Assembly (NCBI GenBank): GCA_951406725.2
Contig: OX597820.1
Coordinates: 15,748,001 to 15,812,000, forward strand
DNA length: 64,000 nt
Direction of reading: 5' to 3'
Source: Octopus vulgaris
Taxonomy: Eukaryota
In this document: positions 39,205 to 53,541 of the stretch, in pieces
How positions within the stretch are numbered: position 1 is the first letter of the stretch
Layout: each line of letters opens with the position of its first letter
Made by a program: the position numbers and the translations under genes
Notes under the pieces: generated by a model
Database searches by the model: none
What the model was told of the DNA's origin: nothing
The model's input: the letters and a program-made list of their open reading frames with translations, nothing else

Positions 39205-39640
39205 TTTCCATTACATCCATCCATTTTTTTTTCGCCAACTATTCCTGGGTGGGTCTTGAGGTGAGAGTCCTCAGGTACCTCTTCCATAGGGTCCTATCTG
39301 AAGCAACCGTCATTAAACTTTCCCAGTGGAATCCCATGCCTGACCAACTGAAACTTGGGATAATATCAAGCCAACTTGTTCTTGGTCAACCGCTACATCT
39401 TCTACTGACTGGCTTGACAATTCTTTTCTGTGGTATTTTAATCACATGTCCGTAGTATTAGAGCCGTGACCCCTTCATGCAGAGGAGTAGCGGCTTGACC
39501 TTAAGAAACCTTCTCATCTCCGAGCTCCACAAACTGCTGAATAACGTTACTCTTGAGATTCTTCGAACGAAAACAATTTTGGCCGCTTGTCTTCACGATT
39601 GCCCTTGTTCGTTCAATACCCAATATTCGTGACAATAGAT
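39205..39640 (-). mobile_element. RTE LINE 3' end with atgg-type tail
   Basis: YYGHVIKIP...PRTSWLD...VASDRTLWKRYLRTL; same family as 54790-55226. Confidence 0.78.
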
Positions 39641-40275
39641 TTCCTTTCAGAAATCAAAATTTATCATTCAATTAAAAGGTCGGGGCCAATTTAATCGATT
39701 TTTCTTTCTCTTTCTTTTTATTTTTTTTAGCTTTTTGGTAAGGCCGGAAAGGCAGTGCCTTTGACCCTTTCAAATCTTCAGAAATGCTAGTAGGGTAGAA
39801 GAAATCAGAGACCTGACCCAAATGCTTGCAATAAGATGGACTTCACTAAAAGTAGGTGGCAGGTTAAGTCTACAAGCTATGTAGGGGATTTGAACTCAGA
39901 ACGCAAAGAGCCGGAACAAATACCGCAATGTCATGCAGTAGGATCGAAACCTGGACATCATGGTTGCGAAATAATTTTGTTAACCATTCTATCATGCCTG
40001 CGTTTACGATGTCAATATGCATAACGTGTCAATATTGCTGAGATACCGAGAGGAACTGAAACGGGGTTGAGCAGAGCACGAGGCCAACCTAGTCCGCTCC
40101 ATAAGTGGTGATCACCAGAATTTTCTGGAATAGACATCATGAGCTACTAACGAGGAAGCCTCTTCGTCCGTGCTTCCTAAACTTCTTGAGATTATAATCC
40201 TCTCTTGGAGAATTCATTTCTTCAGAATCCACACAATAAAGTCGGTCAAAAACATTGAACATTAAATTTTCAAAG

Positions 40276-40379
<104 letters not shown>

Positions 40380-40610
40380 TTGGAAGAAGGATTTCAGAAA
40401 TTAATAATTAGTTAATTATATAGAAAGTATTTTTTTAAAAAGCAGATTAACGAAGATCTGCTTTTTCAAAGATTTTTAAGAAAATATAATTAATTTTTAA
40501 TTTAAGAAATATTTTTCAAATATTTTGACTGTCTCACACACACACACACGCAAATACATATATATGCATACATACATACATATTTTCATAAATACTCACA
40601 CACATGAAAA

Positions 40611-40830
40611 CGAGGAGGCGATGAAAATTTCCTGACTCTAAGGGTACCGCAAAAGGTTTAGCTGGAGGACCAAATTTACAAGTTATTTTACAGAGATGCG
40701 AAAAGCCGAAGGACCGCTGCAATAAGTGTGTGAATCTGAGAGGGGAATATGTTGAATAAAATCATAATTTACTGATGATCCTCCTGTGTTTTCTTTTACC
40801 CAAAGCCAGGAACTTTTGAGCACCCTTTCT
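40611..40830 (+). mobile_element. Mariner internal-deletion derivative
   Basis: Retains C-terminal RCNKCVNLRGEYVE*; degenerate TIRs gatgaaaatttcctgact / agccaggaacttttgagc. Confidence 0.75.
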
Positions 40831-40966
40831 ATATATTGTTTGAAGTGATGTACAGATCTTGTATCTAAAAAGAAAAAAAGGGGATAGTCAGGATTTGGAT
40901 AAAGACAATTTATTTGCCGCTATCGCCCCTTAAAGGGATTCATCATTCCAAATACTGACTACCTTC

Positions 40967-41014
<48 letters not shown>

Positions 41015-41019
<5 letters not shown>

Positions 41020-41312
41020 ACCGACTAGGCTATCAGATGTTACTACACATCGCTGGTCACAATGCGTTTCGCATTGTTTTTAGCCTTCAAATTACGCCAC
41101 CCCGCTGGCTCAGTGAACAGGCCAACAGAAGAAAGAGTGAGAGAAAGTTGTGGCGAAAGAGTACAGCAGGGATCGCCACCACCCTCTGCCGGAGCTTCGT
41201 GGAGCTTTAGGTGTTTTCGCTCAATAAACACTCACAACTCTCGGTCTGGGAACCGAAACCGCGATCCTACGACCGCGAGTCCGCTGCCCTAACCACTGGG
41301 CCATTGCGCCTC
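41015..41312 (-). mobile_element. SINE family E, full length
   Basis: tRNA-like head gaggcgcaatggcccagtggttagggcagcggactcgcggtcg; 3' part shared with 11555-11640. Confidence 0.85.
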
Positions 41313-41772
41313 ACACACACACATAACACACACACGCACACACACACACACACACGCACACACATAATTGAAAAGTTAGAGTCAACAATAAGGAGTACGG
41401 TTGGATATATATTTTCAATTACGCCAAATGTTTCTACGTAAAGTAGTCCTTCAGGCTTGCAGGTACTTGGTTATACAACCGTTACCCTGCATTATGAGAT
41501 AAATATTGTCTCCATAAATTCAAATTCTCGGCTTCGAGAACATTCTCTTCGTCTTTCATGGCTTGGGGTTAGCAGTACCCATTGAGTGTATCAGGAGATG
41601 TGTTCTGGCTGAAGGCCTTCTTCAATTATTTATTCACACACTACAGAAGCCCAAACGCTAACCCGGAAGTATGTATAATACTACTACTGGATAGCACAGA
41701 GTGAAATCTGAAGGTGGACGACCTTTATACTGTGCTATGTTCTTAACAAGATATAACATAACTATATATATA

Positions 41773-42991
41773 CAGTGTGCATAAGATATTTGTGGACAGA
41801 TTGATGTTTATAAAAAAAGATATATAATCACAGATAATAACTTTATTTATCAAGAATTGCTATGAGGATAAAAATAAACCTTCTTTTCTATAACGTTACT
41901 CAATAAAGCCACCTTCAGTTTCAACAACCGCTTCTATATGAGATCTAAATCATCTACATGCTCGAATCAAGTGGTTCTGGTTAATTTGGGACATTACTCT
42001 GACTATGGTAGCTTTCAAAGACCTCTCTCTCAACAACGTTCTACATGTAATAGTCCAATGGATTGAGATCTGGGGAATTAGGAGGCCAAATGTTAGGGGT
42101 TATATGACCACGAAAATTTTCAGCCATCCATTCCTGTGTTACTAGAGCTATGTGTAACAGTGCAGAGTCTTACTGAAACACATATGGCCTTCCATTGCAT
42201 ACACTGTCTATCCAGGGCTTAACACTTATTTCCAGGACCTCAATGTAGGCGGCAGAGTTAACTCTAAAGCCTTGTGGAAAGAGGTAAGGAGGCATCACAT
42301 GTCCTTCATTGCTGACGACCCCTAAAACCATGACAGTTGCAGGAAATTTTGTATGCATAACACTTGGAACTTCAGAATGGTCTGTACAGTATAAACAACT
42401 GGCATTTCTTCTGTTAACTTTTTGATCTTGGTCGAAGTTTTTTCGTTTGAGAAATCCTAATCAAATCTTCTTCTGCTGGATTTTTCAGTTTGTTTAAGAG
42501 CCTTTTAGATCTGATGTAGTGAGTTTCTTTTGCTTTTTCTGTTTTGGGATTCATATAAGACTTATATCTAATGTCTCCGTGGACAACATTTCTGACTGTT
42601 CCTTCTCACATATGGAGATCTTTTGCAATTGACCTCATGGACTTTCTGGGATTGTAATCAATGGTCTGTTGAAATTGCTGGTTAAATTCAGATGTTCTCA
42701 TGATTTCAGAGTGTTTAGAATGCTTTTTATGCTTTGATAATGGTGATACGTTTCGATTTTCAGTCTCTAACTCCTTACAAACTTTGTAGACGAAAGATCT
42801 GGCAACTTTAAAAAATCGAGGTATTTCTAAATCGCTATGCTCAGCCTTTGTAACCACAATAACGACATGCTTCTTCATTTCTTGAGTAAGCTGAGGGTCT
42901 GCCATTATTACTATTTTCTGAAAGAAAGACTATACAGTGTTAGCAAAAAATGCAGCAATGACCCAAAATGGTACGTCCTCAAATACTTTAC

Positions 42992-42996
<5 letters not shown>
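41773..42996 (-). mobile_element. Tc1/mariner DD37D (maT-type) transposon, near full length, pseudogenised
   Basis: HTH region NPRKSMRSIAKDL; VMVLGVVS; F(Q*)DSA-37aa-WPPNSPDLNPLDY; TA followed by TIR cagtgtgcataagatatttgtggac and a degenerate counterpart near 42975-42996. Confidence 0.88.
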
Positions 42997-43042
<46 letters not shown>

Positions 43043-43159
43043 GATATATATATATATATATATATATATAAACATCATATTATAAACCAAAATAAATTTG
43101 CACAGAAGTATCTAAAATTACTTAAGTTATTAATGTCAAGGATGGGCATGGTGTGATAA

Positions 43160-43500
43160 AACAACTTTTTTTGCATATCCGGTTCAATATGAATAAGCAG
43201 TATTCTTAAATTGCTCCTTTTGACTGTTTGTAGGCGGTTTCTTATTTTCATTAAATGGTCTGTGACGGCGCTAAACCCACTTTCATCTATATATGGTAAT
43301 GGAAACACAATTGGGGACTTCTTTCAGATCAGCCCATTATCCAGGAAATGATTTGTAGTTTTGTGCTGTGATCGTAAAATGAATGTAAGGTAATTGTTGC
43401 TGAATTTGAGCGTCAAATTTTCCATGGCTTTTTATTATTCAATCAATTCTTCTTGTAACTAATTTAATTCATGTTTTCTTAGAACATGAATTCTTCATAA
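43160..43500 (-). pseudogene. hAT transposase C-terminal dimerisation-domain fragment
   Basis: FPLPYIDESGFSAVTDHLMKIRNRLQTVKRSNLRILLIHIEPD. Confidence 0.7.
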
Positions 43501-43639
43501 CCCGGATATATTTAAATACGAGTTCCGAAAAAAAATCCTTGGGATTTTTTGCGAACAACTTGCGGATACAAGTGCTACCATTTGCAAGTTTCGCTTACCG
43601 GATGCTAGCAAGTTTATAGAATCATCAAGAGAGAATGCG

Positions 43640-44060
43640 CGCCGTTTCGGGGGCCTACTTCTCGACGTCATCATTGCGCTCCCGTCACTGAAATGTGGCC
43701 CCACTTGCTAGATCAGCTGGCTGTCAGGTTTTGCTCAATATTCTTCTAGCCATCGCTCATCGTCTCTTTTTAACCAAATCCAGTGGTTAGCCTTTTCCAC
43801 TGTAGTGTGGATATCACTCATGGTGGTATTTACTTTACGATGAGTTAGGCCTAACGATAACAACACTCGCCTCACACTGTGTCCAACGAATCTTCTACAT
43901 CCGACTTCGGTTGGAAAGTGCTTCGTTTTCCGGCCTGCGTCTTTACATTCCTCGAGGAGGTTTCCATTATGGTCAATCTTTTGAGCCTGAGCGGCATCCA
44001 TGTTGTCTTCATTAGGAAGCGCTAACGCAAGACTAGATTTACCACTTTCTTTTTTTCACA
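43640..44060 (-). mobile_element. 3' end of an RLE-type non-LTR retrotransposon (HERO-like)
   Basis: LLEECKDAGRKTKHFPTEVGCRRFVGHS...LG...VEKANHWIWLKRDD, resembling the restriction-like endonuclease C-terminus. Confidence 0.72.
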
Positions 44061-44142
44061 CCATATGATGATAGCAGACATGAACATCATCATCATCAAC
44101 GTTGTAGTCGTCGTCCGTCGTCATCGTCATTGTCCGTCGACG

Positions 44143-44195
<53 letters not shown>

Positions 44196-44984
44196 GTCAT
44201 CGTTATCGTCATTGTCGTCCTTGTCGTCTTCGTCATCGTTGTCGTCATCATCATCATCGTGATTATCATCAGCGCTCTCATCGTAATATATTTTTTGCGC
44301 CTTCCTCGGATGCAGAAAGATACAGATCCTGGTAAATTTCTCCACTTTCCCAGATGTGTCCGGACGGGATAAGCATTGAAACAAAGGCATATATGGTGAT
44401 CACCGATGTTATTCAATTCTTTACAACAGCAAATTCATGATTTTTAAACTTGAAATAAAAATCTGACATATAAGCCGTGTCATTTTAAAACTCCAAATTG
44501 TCTCGCAACGAAAACATCTTCAAAGAATTCCCAGAACTATCCCGGACAGAAGTCGAAAAGCGAGGTCAACTTTGCCTTTTATACCTTCAGGGCCGATAAA
44601 TAAAGTACTATTCAAGTACTGGAGCTGATGTAATTGACTTCCCTTCCCCTCAGAACTGTTGGTTTTGAACCCAGCAAAGGACCAATGTTTCATTCAGGGG
44701 CATGTTGAGATCGCGGCCACTTATGGGCACCATGGAAACCGGGTAACCGGCTTTATGAGTGTTAGGGCTCAAGAAGAAAATATATATTTCTATCCATCAC
44801 TAGCGATCTGCTGGATGCTTTTTGGCTACTACTGATATTATTCTGTGGTTTTTAGAACTATACATCTATATGAGGTTCTTTCTCGAGACGAATACCGCAG
44901 TTTTGAGGCTTTCTACAGAATAATCAGTATAAGCAAGATACACTGAATGATATATATATTTAAATAATATATACGCATTAAAGA

Positions 44985-45015
<31 letters not shown>

Positions 45016-45060
45016 TATATATATATATATTTAAATAATATATACGCATTAAAGAATATG

Positions 45061-45166
<106 letters not shown>

Positions 45167-45732
45167 AATATATATATGATGGTTGTCTACTTATGAAGAG
45201 TCTGACCACCTCTTGTACTTAAACCTTAGATCCATCATGGCGTCTGATGTGGCTTTTTTTTAAACCAGACAATATATTGAAAAAAAACTCCCACATAGAT
45301 TACATATCTGATTTGGACCACCAACAGCATCAGCAAAGTTCTGATCTTTGTGGATCTTAAAATGTACATACATATATGTTCACACACATATACACAATTA
45401 CACACACACGCAGGCTTAGGCGCCCACAGTGACCCTGGCCGTAAGTTTTTTTAACAGAGGAACAATCTTAGCAAAACCCCCATTCCTTAACGAAGCGAGA
45501 AAATACCAACATGACTGCTTGAACTCAATATTTTTAGCGGGATACCACTTTATGTATGCATGTGCCTGACGTGACCCAGACAGCAAAATTGATGCAAGAC
45601 AATATGATGCACATCATCCAACACATAAAGGACAGTCGTAGGATGTGTCGAAACGATCGTCGGACGGAATAAAGACCAATACCAAATCCAACTTCTGTTT
45701 TATTAATCGATTATATATATATATATATATAT

Positions 45733-45910
45733 AATAATATGTTATATTACTCGATAGTCAAGATAAAACTCTGAGTTTCAGATGCCGAAGTGGGAATCCA
45801 CGACATCTCTTCGGTTATAGCCAGATAACCGAAGAGATGTCGTGGATTCCCACTTCGGTATCTGAAACTCAGAGTTTTATCTTGACTATCGAGTAATGTA
45901 ACATATTATT
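45733..45910. repeat. Near-perfect palindrome: 86-bp arms, 6-nt spacer, hammerhead-like motif in each arm
   Basis: 45733-45818 is the reverse complement of 45825-45910 with two mismatches; flanked by (TA)n. Confidence 0.93.
45824..45881 (+). ncRNA. Type I hammerhead-like motif (core CCGAAGA)
   Basis: GATAA CCGAAGA GATGTCG...CGGTATC T GAAA CTC A GAG TT TTATC. Confidence 0.62.
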
Positions 45911-45980
45911 TTATAGATAAATTTCCTCTATTTACATAATATTGAGGTCTCTTTCTTTCTTTTGTTATCTTACCGTTTTA

Positions 45981-46059
<79 letters not shown>

Positions 46060-46391
46060 ATAATAAGGGTGAAAAATTGAATATTAATTTGATTAATATC
46101 AATTTAAAACCAGTGGTCTAGCATATTTAAAAATCCGAAGTTTCAGAAAAATTATATTACATACATATAAAAGGGATGACCTGTAAGTGGACATCCATTA
46201 TGCTAGAAGAAGATCCGCTATGCTCTTACCACTAAGAAAGGAATGTTCTCAAGAAAATTTAGCAAACGCCAGAACGTAAGCGAGCAAGACAAATGAAAAG
46301 ATATAAAATATAGATTAATCACAAATCAGGTTTCGTTGTTAATGCTTACCATATATATTTACATTAATGCTTACGTAATCATTTACGTAAT

Positions 46392-46424
<33 letters not shown>

Positions 46425-46429
<5 letters not shown>

Positions 46430-46760
46430 AATGAAAGACAGAAGATGGAATATACGAGAATTTATTATGAATCACTACAATTGTTTCCACACATCTAGCA
46501 GCATCGGTCTCTCATGGGTGGTACACTCAACAACTGTTTCAGGAGCATCCGGCGGTGCAGATGTATCCCGTTGGATGATAAATAAATACAACTCATTAAA
46601 ATAACTATTCCGCAATGTAACTTCACGTTTTTGTAGAAAGAAAAGCAACCAAACGGAGGAAATATCTTCATTTTTATAGAAGATCAAAGACAAAATCACA
46701 CATGGCAAAATAAGAAATGAGCACACAATATAGCGAGAAAAGTATTAAGAATAACCGTTA
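46425..46760 (-). repeat. pLTR-like segment ending at (TA)n with two decayed GAAA-palindrome motifs
   Basis: Minus strand GAAACAGTTGTT and GAAACAATTGTA, then AATAAA and a pyrimidine-rich tail before (TA)n. Confidence 0.4.
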
Positions 46761-47043
46761 ACAAATATATAGGCGACGCGTTGTGTCATTGAGCCAGACA
46801 CTTTACTTTCACGTTGCTCCAGTCCACTGAGCTGGCAAAAGTGAGTAGTACCTGTATTTCAAAGGCTAAGCCTTGTCACACACTGTGTCATGCTGAATCT
46901 CCCTGAGAAGTTAGTGAATGGTACACGTGTCCGTGGAGTGCTCAACCACTTGCACGTTAATTTCACGAGCAGACAGTTCAGCTGAGACCCTCTTCGTCGT
47001 AACCGACGGAGTGCTCCTGTATATATATGTATATGTACATGTG

Positions 47044-47160
<117 letters not shown>

Positions 47161-47201
47161 ATGCATATATTTATATGTATATATATGTATATATATATAT
47201 A

Positions 47202-47238
<37 letters not shown>

Positions 47239-47506
47239 GTATTATTTTACTTGTTTCAGTCATTTGACTGCAGCCATGCTGGAGCACTGCCTTTAGTCGG
47301 AGAAATGACCCCAGGACTTATTCTTTGTAAGCACAACACCATCAGTTGTCAAGCGATGGTGGATGGGTGGGGGGACTAACACAGACACAGAAACATACAC
47401 ACACACGCACACATACACATTCACACACTGCCAATATTTTCTATTCTTTATTTATCGTTTATATTATTATAAGATATATTGATCTCCTTTTCCATTTACA
47501 TTGGCC

Positions 47507-47668
47507 TATATTACGAAAATGGTTTCGAAGAATACTTATCTCTCTTCGACCTGAGAGACATTTGTCAATAATGTCAAATTCAATCGGTTTTGGTCCACAA
47601 AACCGAACGAATTTGACGTTCCAGACAAATATCGTCTGCTCTGTTGACAACCAGACGATATTTCAACA
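47507..47668. repeat. Hairpin-rich dispersed repeat; inverted copy at 50470-50620
   Basis: Reverse-complement similarity between the two copies; two internal hairpins. Confidence 0.75.
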
Positions 47669-47801
47669 GTGACAATTTCTGGATGAAGCCACAAACAACA
47701 ACAGGCAATGAGTTCGTGCGTTCTTTAATGTGTTAGGGCTCATGTACTGTTATTCGACTTGGTCATCTAGACATTCACTGAGGTGGTAAAACCATCCAAG
47801 A

Positions 47802-47858
<57 letters not shown>

Positions 47859-48184
47859 GACACGAAGAAAATATGAGGGATATATATATATATATATATT
47901 CTCAAGAAAGTGAGGGGAAATTTTTCACTTTAATGTTTTAGCTTCCCATGAGTTATTCGAGATTTTGATATTTTGAGTTCCGCATATAATTTTAATTTAA
48001 AAGCAGCGTGTAATTTTAATGTAAAACCAACACGACATAAATTGACATTAAAAAAGACCGACTTGAAAACCGATGATTTATAACATCTGAGGAAACTTTA
48101 AACCTAATATTGTTTTATTTTTGTTTTGCAGTATCGACTCTAGAAACTACATATACGTTAATATATTCGTTGGAGTGGGTCACA

Positions 48185-48265
48185 GCCAGTAACGATGGAT
48201 AATTAGTGAAGTTGTTTGACCTCCCCGTCAGTGAACTCGAGGGATTTTCACTGAAATGTCGTCAA
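48185..48265 (+). pseudogene. Possible Tc1/mariner catalytic-region relic
   Basis: RWII...*PPRS..NSRDF resembles RWIG...WPPRSPDLNPLDF; short and degenerate. Confidence 0.3.
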
Positions 48266-48574
48266 ACATTCTGGGTAGCTATGGCAGATCTCCCTAAAGC
48301 GCAGGCATGGTTCTGTGGTTAAGAAATTTCACTTTGCAACCGCGTGATATCAAGTTCAGTCCCACTGCGTGGCATCTTAGAAATGTATCTTCTACTATAG
48401 CACAAGTCCGATCAATATTTGTGAGTGGATTTGGTAGACGGAAACTGTATGGAAGCCAGTAATAATCTTTATCATTATTGTTGATATACTCCAGGAAACC
48501 TATATGGATGAGGTAATATATTCAAAATTATCCTACAGAATATATCTCTAAATTCTTGTCTTATGAGAATATTA

Positions 48575-48977
48575 TTCTTTTCTACTCTCTAGGGCACAAG
48601 GCCCGAAATTTTTGGGGAGGGGTAGCAGTCGATTAGATCGATCCAGTACGCAACTGGTACTTAATTCATCCACCCTGAAAGGATGAAAGGCAAAGTCAAC
48701 GTCGGCGGAATTTGAACTCAGAACGTAAAGACAGGCGAAATACCTATTTCTTTACTACCCACAAAGGGCTAAACACAGAGAGGACAAACAAGGACAGACA
48801 AATGGATTAAGTTGATTATATCGACCCCAGTGCGTAACTGGTACTTATTTTGATCGACCTCGAAAGGATGAAAGGCAAAGTCGACCCCGGCGGAATTTGA
48901 ACCCAGAACGTAGCGGCAGACGAAATACTGCTAAGCATTTCGCCCGACGTGCTAACGTTTCTGCCAGCTCGCCGCTT
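48575..48977 (-). mobile_element. SINE family B dimer with TSD
   Basis: Two tandem cores; flanked by tcttatga(a)gaatatta. Confidence 0.85.
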
Positions 48978-49124
48978 TCTTATGAAGAATATTAGATTTA
49001 TATATTAACAGTTGAATAACTTATTTTGAATACCTAACTGAGAGCAAAACGGTAAACGTTTGGAGTAACCCCTTACTATTTACAAATATATATGTTTGTG
49101 TGTGTGTGTGTGTATCTATCTATA

Positions 49125-49580
49125 TGAGAACAATTTTTTATGGACAAACAAAAGCGTAGAGTGAGCTGTTATTTTCTTTTAGAAATTAAGGAGATCTCGA
49201 ACGCAGGATAATTGCTGTGCAAACAGCTTTTAGAAAATCGGGTAAATACCCCCAACTACAGACGAAAAAAAACTGTTCGAGATTTCTTTAATTTCTTAAA
49301 AGACATCAGTTCATTCGACGCTTCTATGTTTGTTTATTAAAAACTGCTTTCACTTTCCAAAAGTTATTACTTAATATTATAAAGAAAGCAGCCGTTGTCA
49401 GGGTTCATTTAAGTCAATGGTACAAATCGTCAACCAGAATTTGTGAGGTACCGAGTTCGATTGCCTCTAGTGGCTGCTGGTTATTTATTTCTGTCTATAG
49501 GGGGTATATTTACCCGATTTTTCTAAAAGTTGTTTTTACAGCTATTCTGCATTCAAGATTTGCTTAATTTATAAGAAGTG
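49125..49580. mobile_element. Fold-back/MITE-like element with nested inverted repeats
   Basis: 49127-49203 is inverted at 49273-49350, and 49180-49265 is inverted at 49492-49578. Confidence 0.65.
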
Positions 49581-50134
49581 TTTGTGTGTGCGGCTGTATG
49601 CTTGTTTGTTCACCACCACACCGCTTGATATCCACTGTTAGCTTTTTCCGAAATATCCCCGTAACTTAGCAGTTTGATAAAAGAAGACGGATAGAATAAA
49701 TACCAAACTTTAAAATGTAAGTACTTGGATTGATTTCATTGAATGAAACTCTTCAAGATGGTGCCCCAGCATGGCTGAAGTCCAATGACTCAAAAAATAA
49801 AGATATGGAGGAGCAGGCCCACTCCTTTGTGAGTAGGTCTGTGAGGATACAAAAGCGGACAGAGAAATCGCTGTATCAAATAAAAAGATGGTTAAAATTT
49901 TTAAAACTTGCTTCAAACCAAAGCATTGAAAGATGAATTATATGGATACAAACTTAAATTCTATTTTGTCTTCTCGTTAATAAAGCGGAGGGTGGGAGGA
50001 CCAAAAAATTAAAAAAAACAAACATTAATATTAAGCAGTGAATTATAGATGGGAGGGGGCTGATGTTTGTCGGTTTGAGAACCTCTGCCCAATGTCACAC
50101 ATTTGTAGACAAGCGTGTGTAGTGGATTAAATTA

Positions 50135-51780
50135 GCGCCAACATGAGTGTCTGGTACTTATTTTATCAACACCGGATGTAGGAAAGACAGAATCAACCCC
50201 GACGGGATTGGAAATTCCGAACGTACTGGGACGAAACCAAATAAGGAATCTAGACTTAGCACTTCTGCTTCTTTGTCGTCTTCCCCTCTCATCGCTAATT
50301 AATATTACAGAATACATATAAGGCGGCGAACTGGCAGAATCGTTACCGCTCCGGAAAAAATGCTTAGCAGCATTTCTTCTGTTTTTACGTTCAAATTCTG
50401 TCAAGGTCGACTTCGCCTTTCATCCTTTCGAGGGTCGATGCTGTCGTTTATAGCTGCAACCAGTTGTCGATGTTGAAATACCGTCTGGTCGTCAACAGAG
50501 CAGACGATATTTGTCAGGAGTGTCAAATTCATTTGGTTTTGTGAGCCAAATTATAGTGTAAAATGGATCTCACGGGTCGGAGAAGGACAGTTATTCTTCA
50601 AAACCATTTTCATAATATAAGTACCAGTTGATCACTGGGGTCGATGTAATCGATTCAAACCCTCCCACCAAAACTGCTGGCCTTGTGCCAAAATTTGAAA
50701 CCAGTATCACAGAATTCATGAAAGTGGTGAGTTGATAGAACCGTTAGAACGTCAATCAAAATGCTTAGCGGTATTTCTGAGTTCAAATGCTGCTGAAGTC
50801 AACTTTGCCTTTCATCCTTTCTTGGTTAATAAAATAATACCAGTTAAGTCCCGGTATTAAGTCCTCCGCACAAAATTTCAGGCCTTGTTCCTTAAGTAGA
50901 AAAAATATCACATAATTCAAGATGGCGAGCTGGCAGAATCGGCTCTTTACATTCTGAGTTCAAGTGCCGCTGAGGTTGACTTTGCTTTTCATTTTTCCAT
51001 CCTTTCGGGATCGATGATAAAACAAATAGCCATTGAGCATTGGGATCGAGGCTATACTTGCCCTCCCCCTCAAAACTGATAGCCTTGTACCAAAGTTTAA
51101 ATCAATTATAGAATTTGTGAAAGCCGGTGGATTGGAAGAATCGTAAGAATATCTGCCAGAGTAGCTGGAGATATTTAGTTACGACAAGTTTCGTTCGGAA
51201 CCTTTCGGGGACGTTAAAATGATACACCAATCAAGTACTGAGATCAATATAATCGATTGAATCCGCTCTCCAAAATTCGAGCTTTTGTTTCTATATAAAA
51301 CAGTATCAAAACGATAGAATTCTTATGGTGAATAATAAATCTTGGGGGTCTTTGTACTGATCGGAAAAATCTGACAATGTTTGTTGTTGCAGAATCGTTA
51401 GCGCATCGGACAAAATGTTTAGCGGCATTTCTTCCGGTCTTCTACATTCTGACTTTAAATTTTGTCGAGGTTAACTTTGTTTATCTTCCTGTCTGGGTCG
51501 ATAAAATAAATTATCAACGAAGTCATGAGGTTGATGTAATTGATTTATTTCTACCCTTAAAATTGCTGGCCTTGCTCCAAAATTTGAAAAATTTGGCCCC
51601 AAGAAGGCGACGAGTTGGAAGAATCGCTGGCGCGTCAGACAGAATGTTAAGAGACATTTCTTCCAGCTCTTTACATTCTGAGTTCGAATCTTGTTAGGTT
51701 GACTTTACCTTTCGTAATCGATTTATCCGTCGTCTCAAAACTGCTGAACTTGCGCCAAAAATTAGAAAGAATTATTTAAC
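50135..51780. mobile_element. Cluster of about eight diverged SINE B copies, mostly + strand
   Basis: Recurrent ggcagaatcg, ctttgcctttcatcc and ggccttgtgccaaaatttgaaa motifs at roughly 200-bp spacing. Confidence 0.75.
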
Positions 51781-52005
51781 TCTAGTTCACCTCTGAGTGA
51801 GTAGACTTATATCGAAAATGATTCTTGCCATGACCACCCCGCCCTCTTCAATGAGCAACACTTATCTTTGATTACATTATCGAACGCGCCCTTCCCACTT
51901 TCGAAACAAGAGGCTGTATGTAATACGAGGAGGGGAGATGTAGTCGCAACTTCTAACAGGTTTCGCCACTCGAAGAGGCTCCGCTCCCTAGGATATAATC
52001 TGTTA

Positions 52006-52032
52006 ATGTGGCGGAAACTTTCCTTAGTCCTG
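52006..52032 (+). other. Candidate first coding exon end: MWRKLSLVL followed by a splice donor
   Basis: ATG...GTCCTG/GTGAGT consensus donor at the end of a unique, CpG-richer 250-bp block. Confidence 0.28.
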
Positions 52033-52299
52033 GTGAGTGTGCGGAAGGAATTAGTAATATAAGAAGGAAACAAAAGTTATAAAAGAAACAACGACGAAAA
52101 CAAGCAAACAAACGTGTCTAAATTATTTGATTATTGGCTGTAAAATAAATGTTGGCAAGTGAAATTTTTTTTTAATTAAAAAGAAACATGTAAATCCATA
52201 AATAGCCAAGTAAATACCTTCAAGAAGCAGTCGCTCATAATTCAAGCATTTGCTTCCGTCTTTGTAGAAATGAAATATGAAGACATAATTCGCAACGTT

Positions 52300-53242
<943 letters not shown>

Positions 53243-53541
53243 AAGAAACAGACAACGCAAACAAACATACTCACTTGCCGACATACATCATACCGCTTGG
53301 AGTACTTCTGTTGGCACTAATGCATGAGCCACGGTGGCTAATCATGAAATGAAGAAATTAAACAAAACAAAAAAAAACAAAAAAAATGACTATTTTTCAA
53401 TTTATTTGAAATGGAATCGCTGTTTGAAGTATATTAATTGGATTTTGAGAAACGGGGTCGAATGTCAAAACATTATGTAAACGGATGATCATCAAGTTTT
53501 AGTGTTGATTTACAAAATTTTTAATATTTTCCAATGTGTTA

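Noticed and set aside
43637-43680. Hammerhead-like ATGATGA...GAAACG in the HERO-like 3'UTR
   Set aside because: C3 and U16.1 are absent and there is no convincing stem II
47507-50620. 3.1-kb DNA transposon bounded by ~160-bp TIRs
   Set aside because: The right copy sits inside a SINE whose halves flank it, so the two copies are independent insertions
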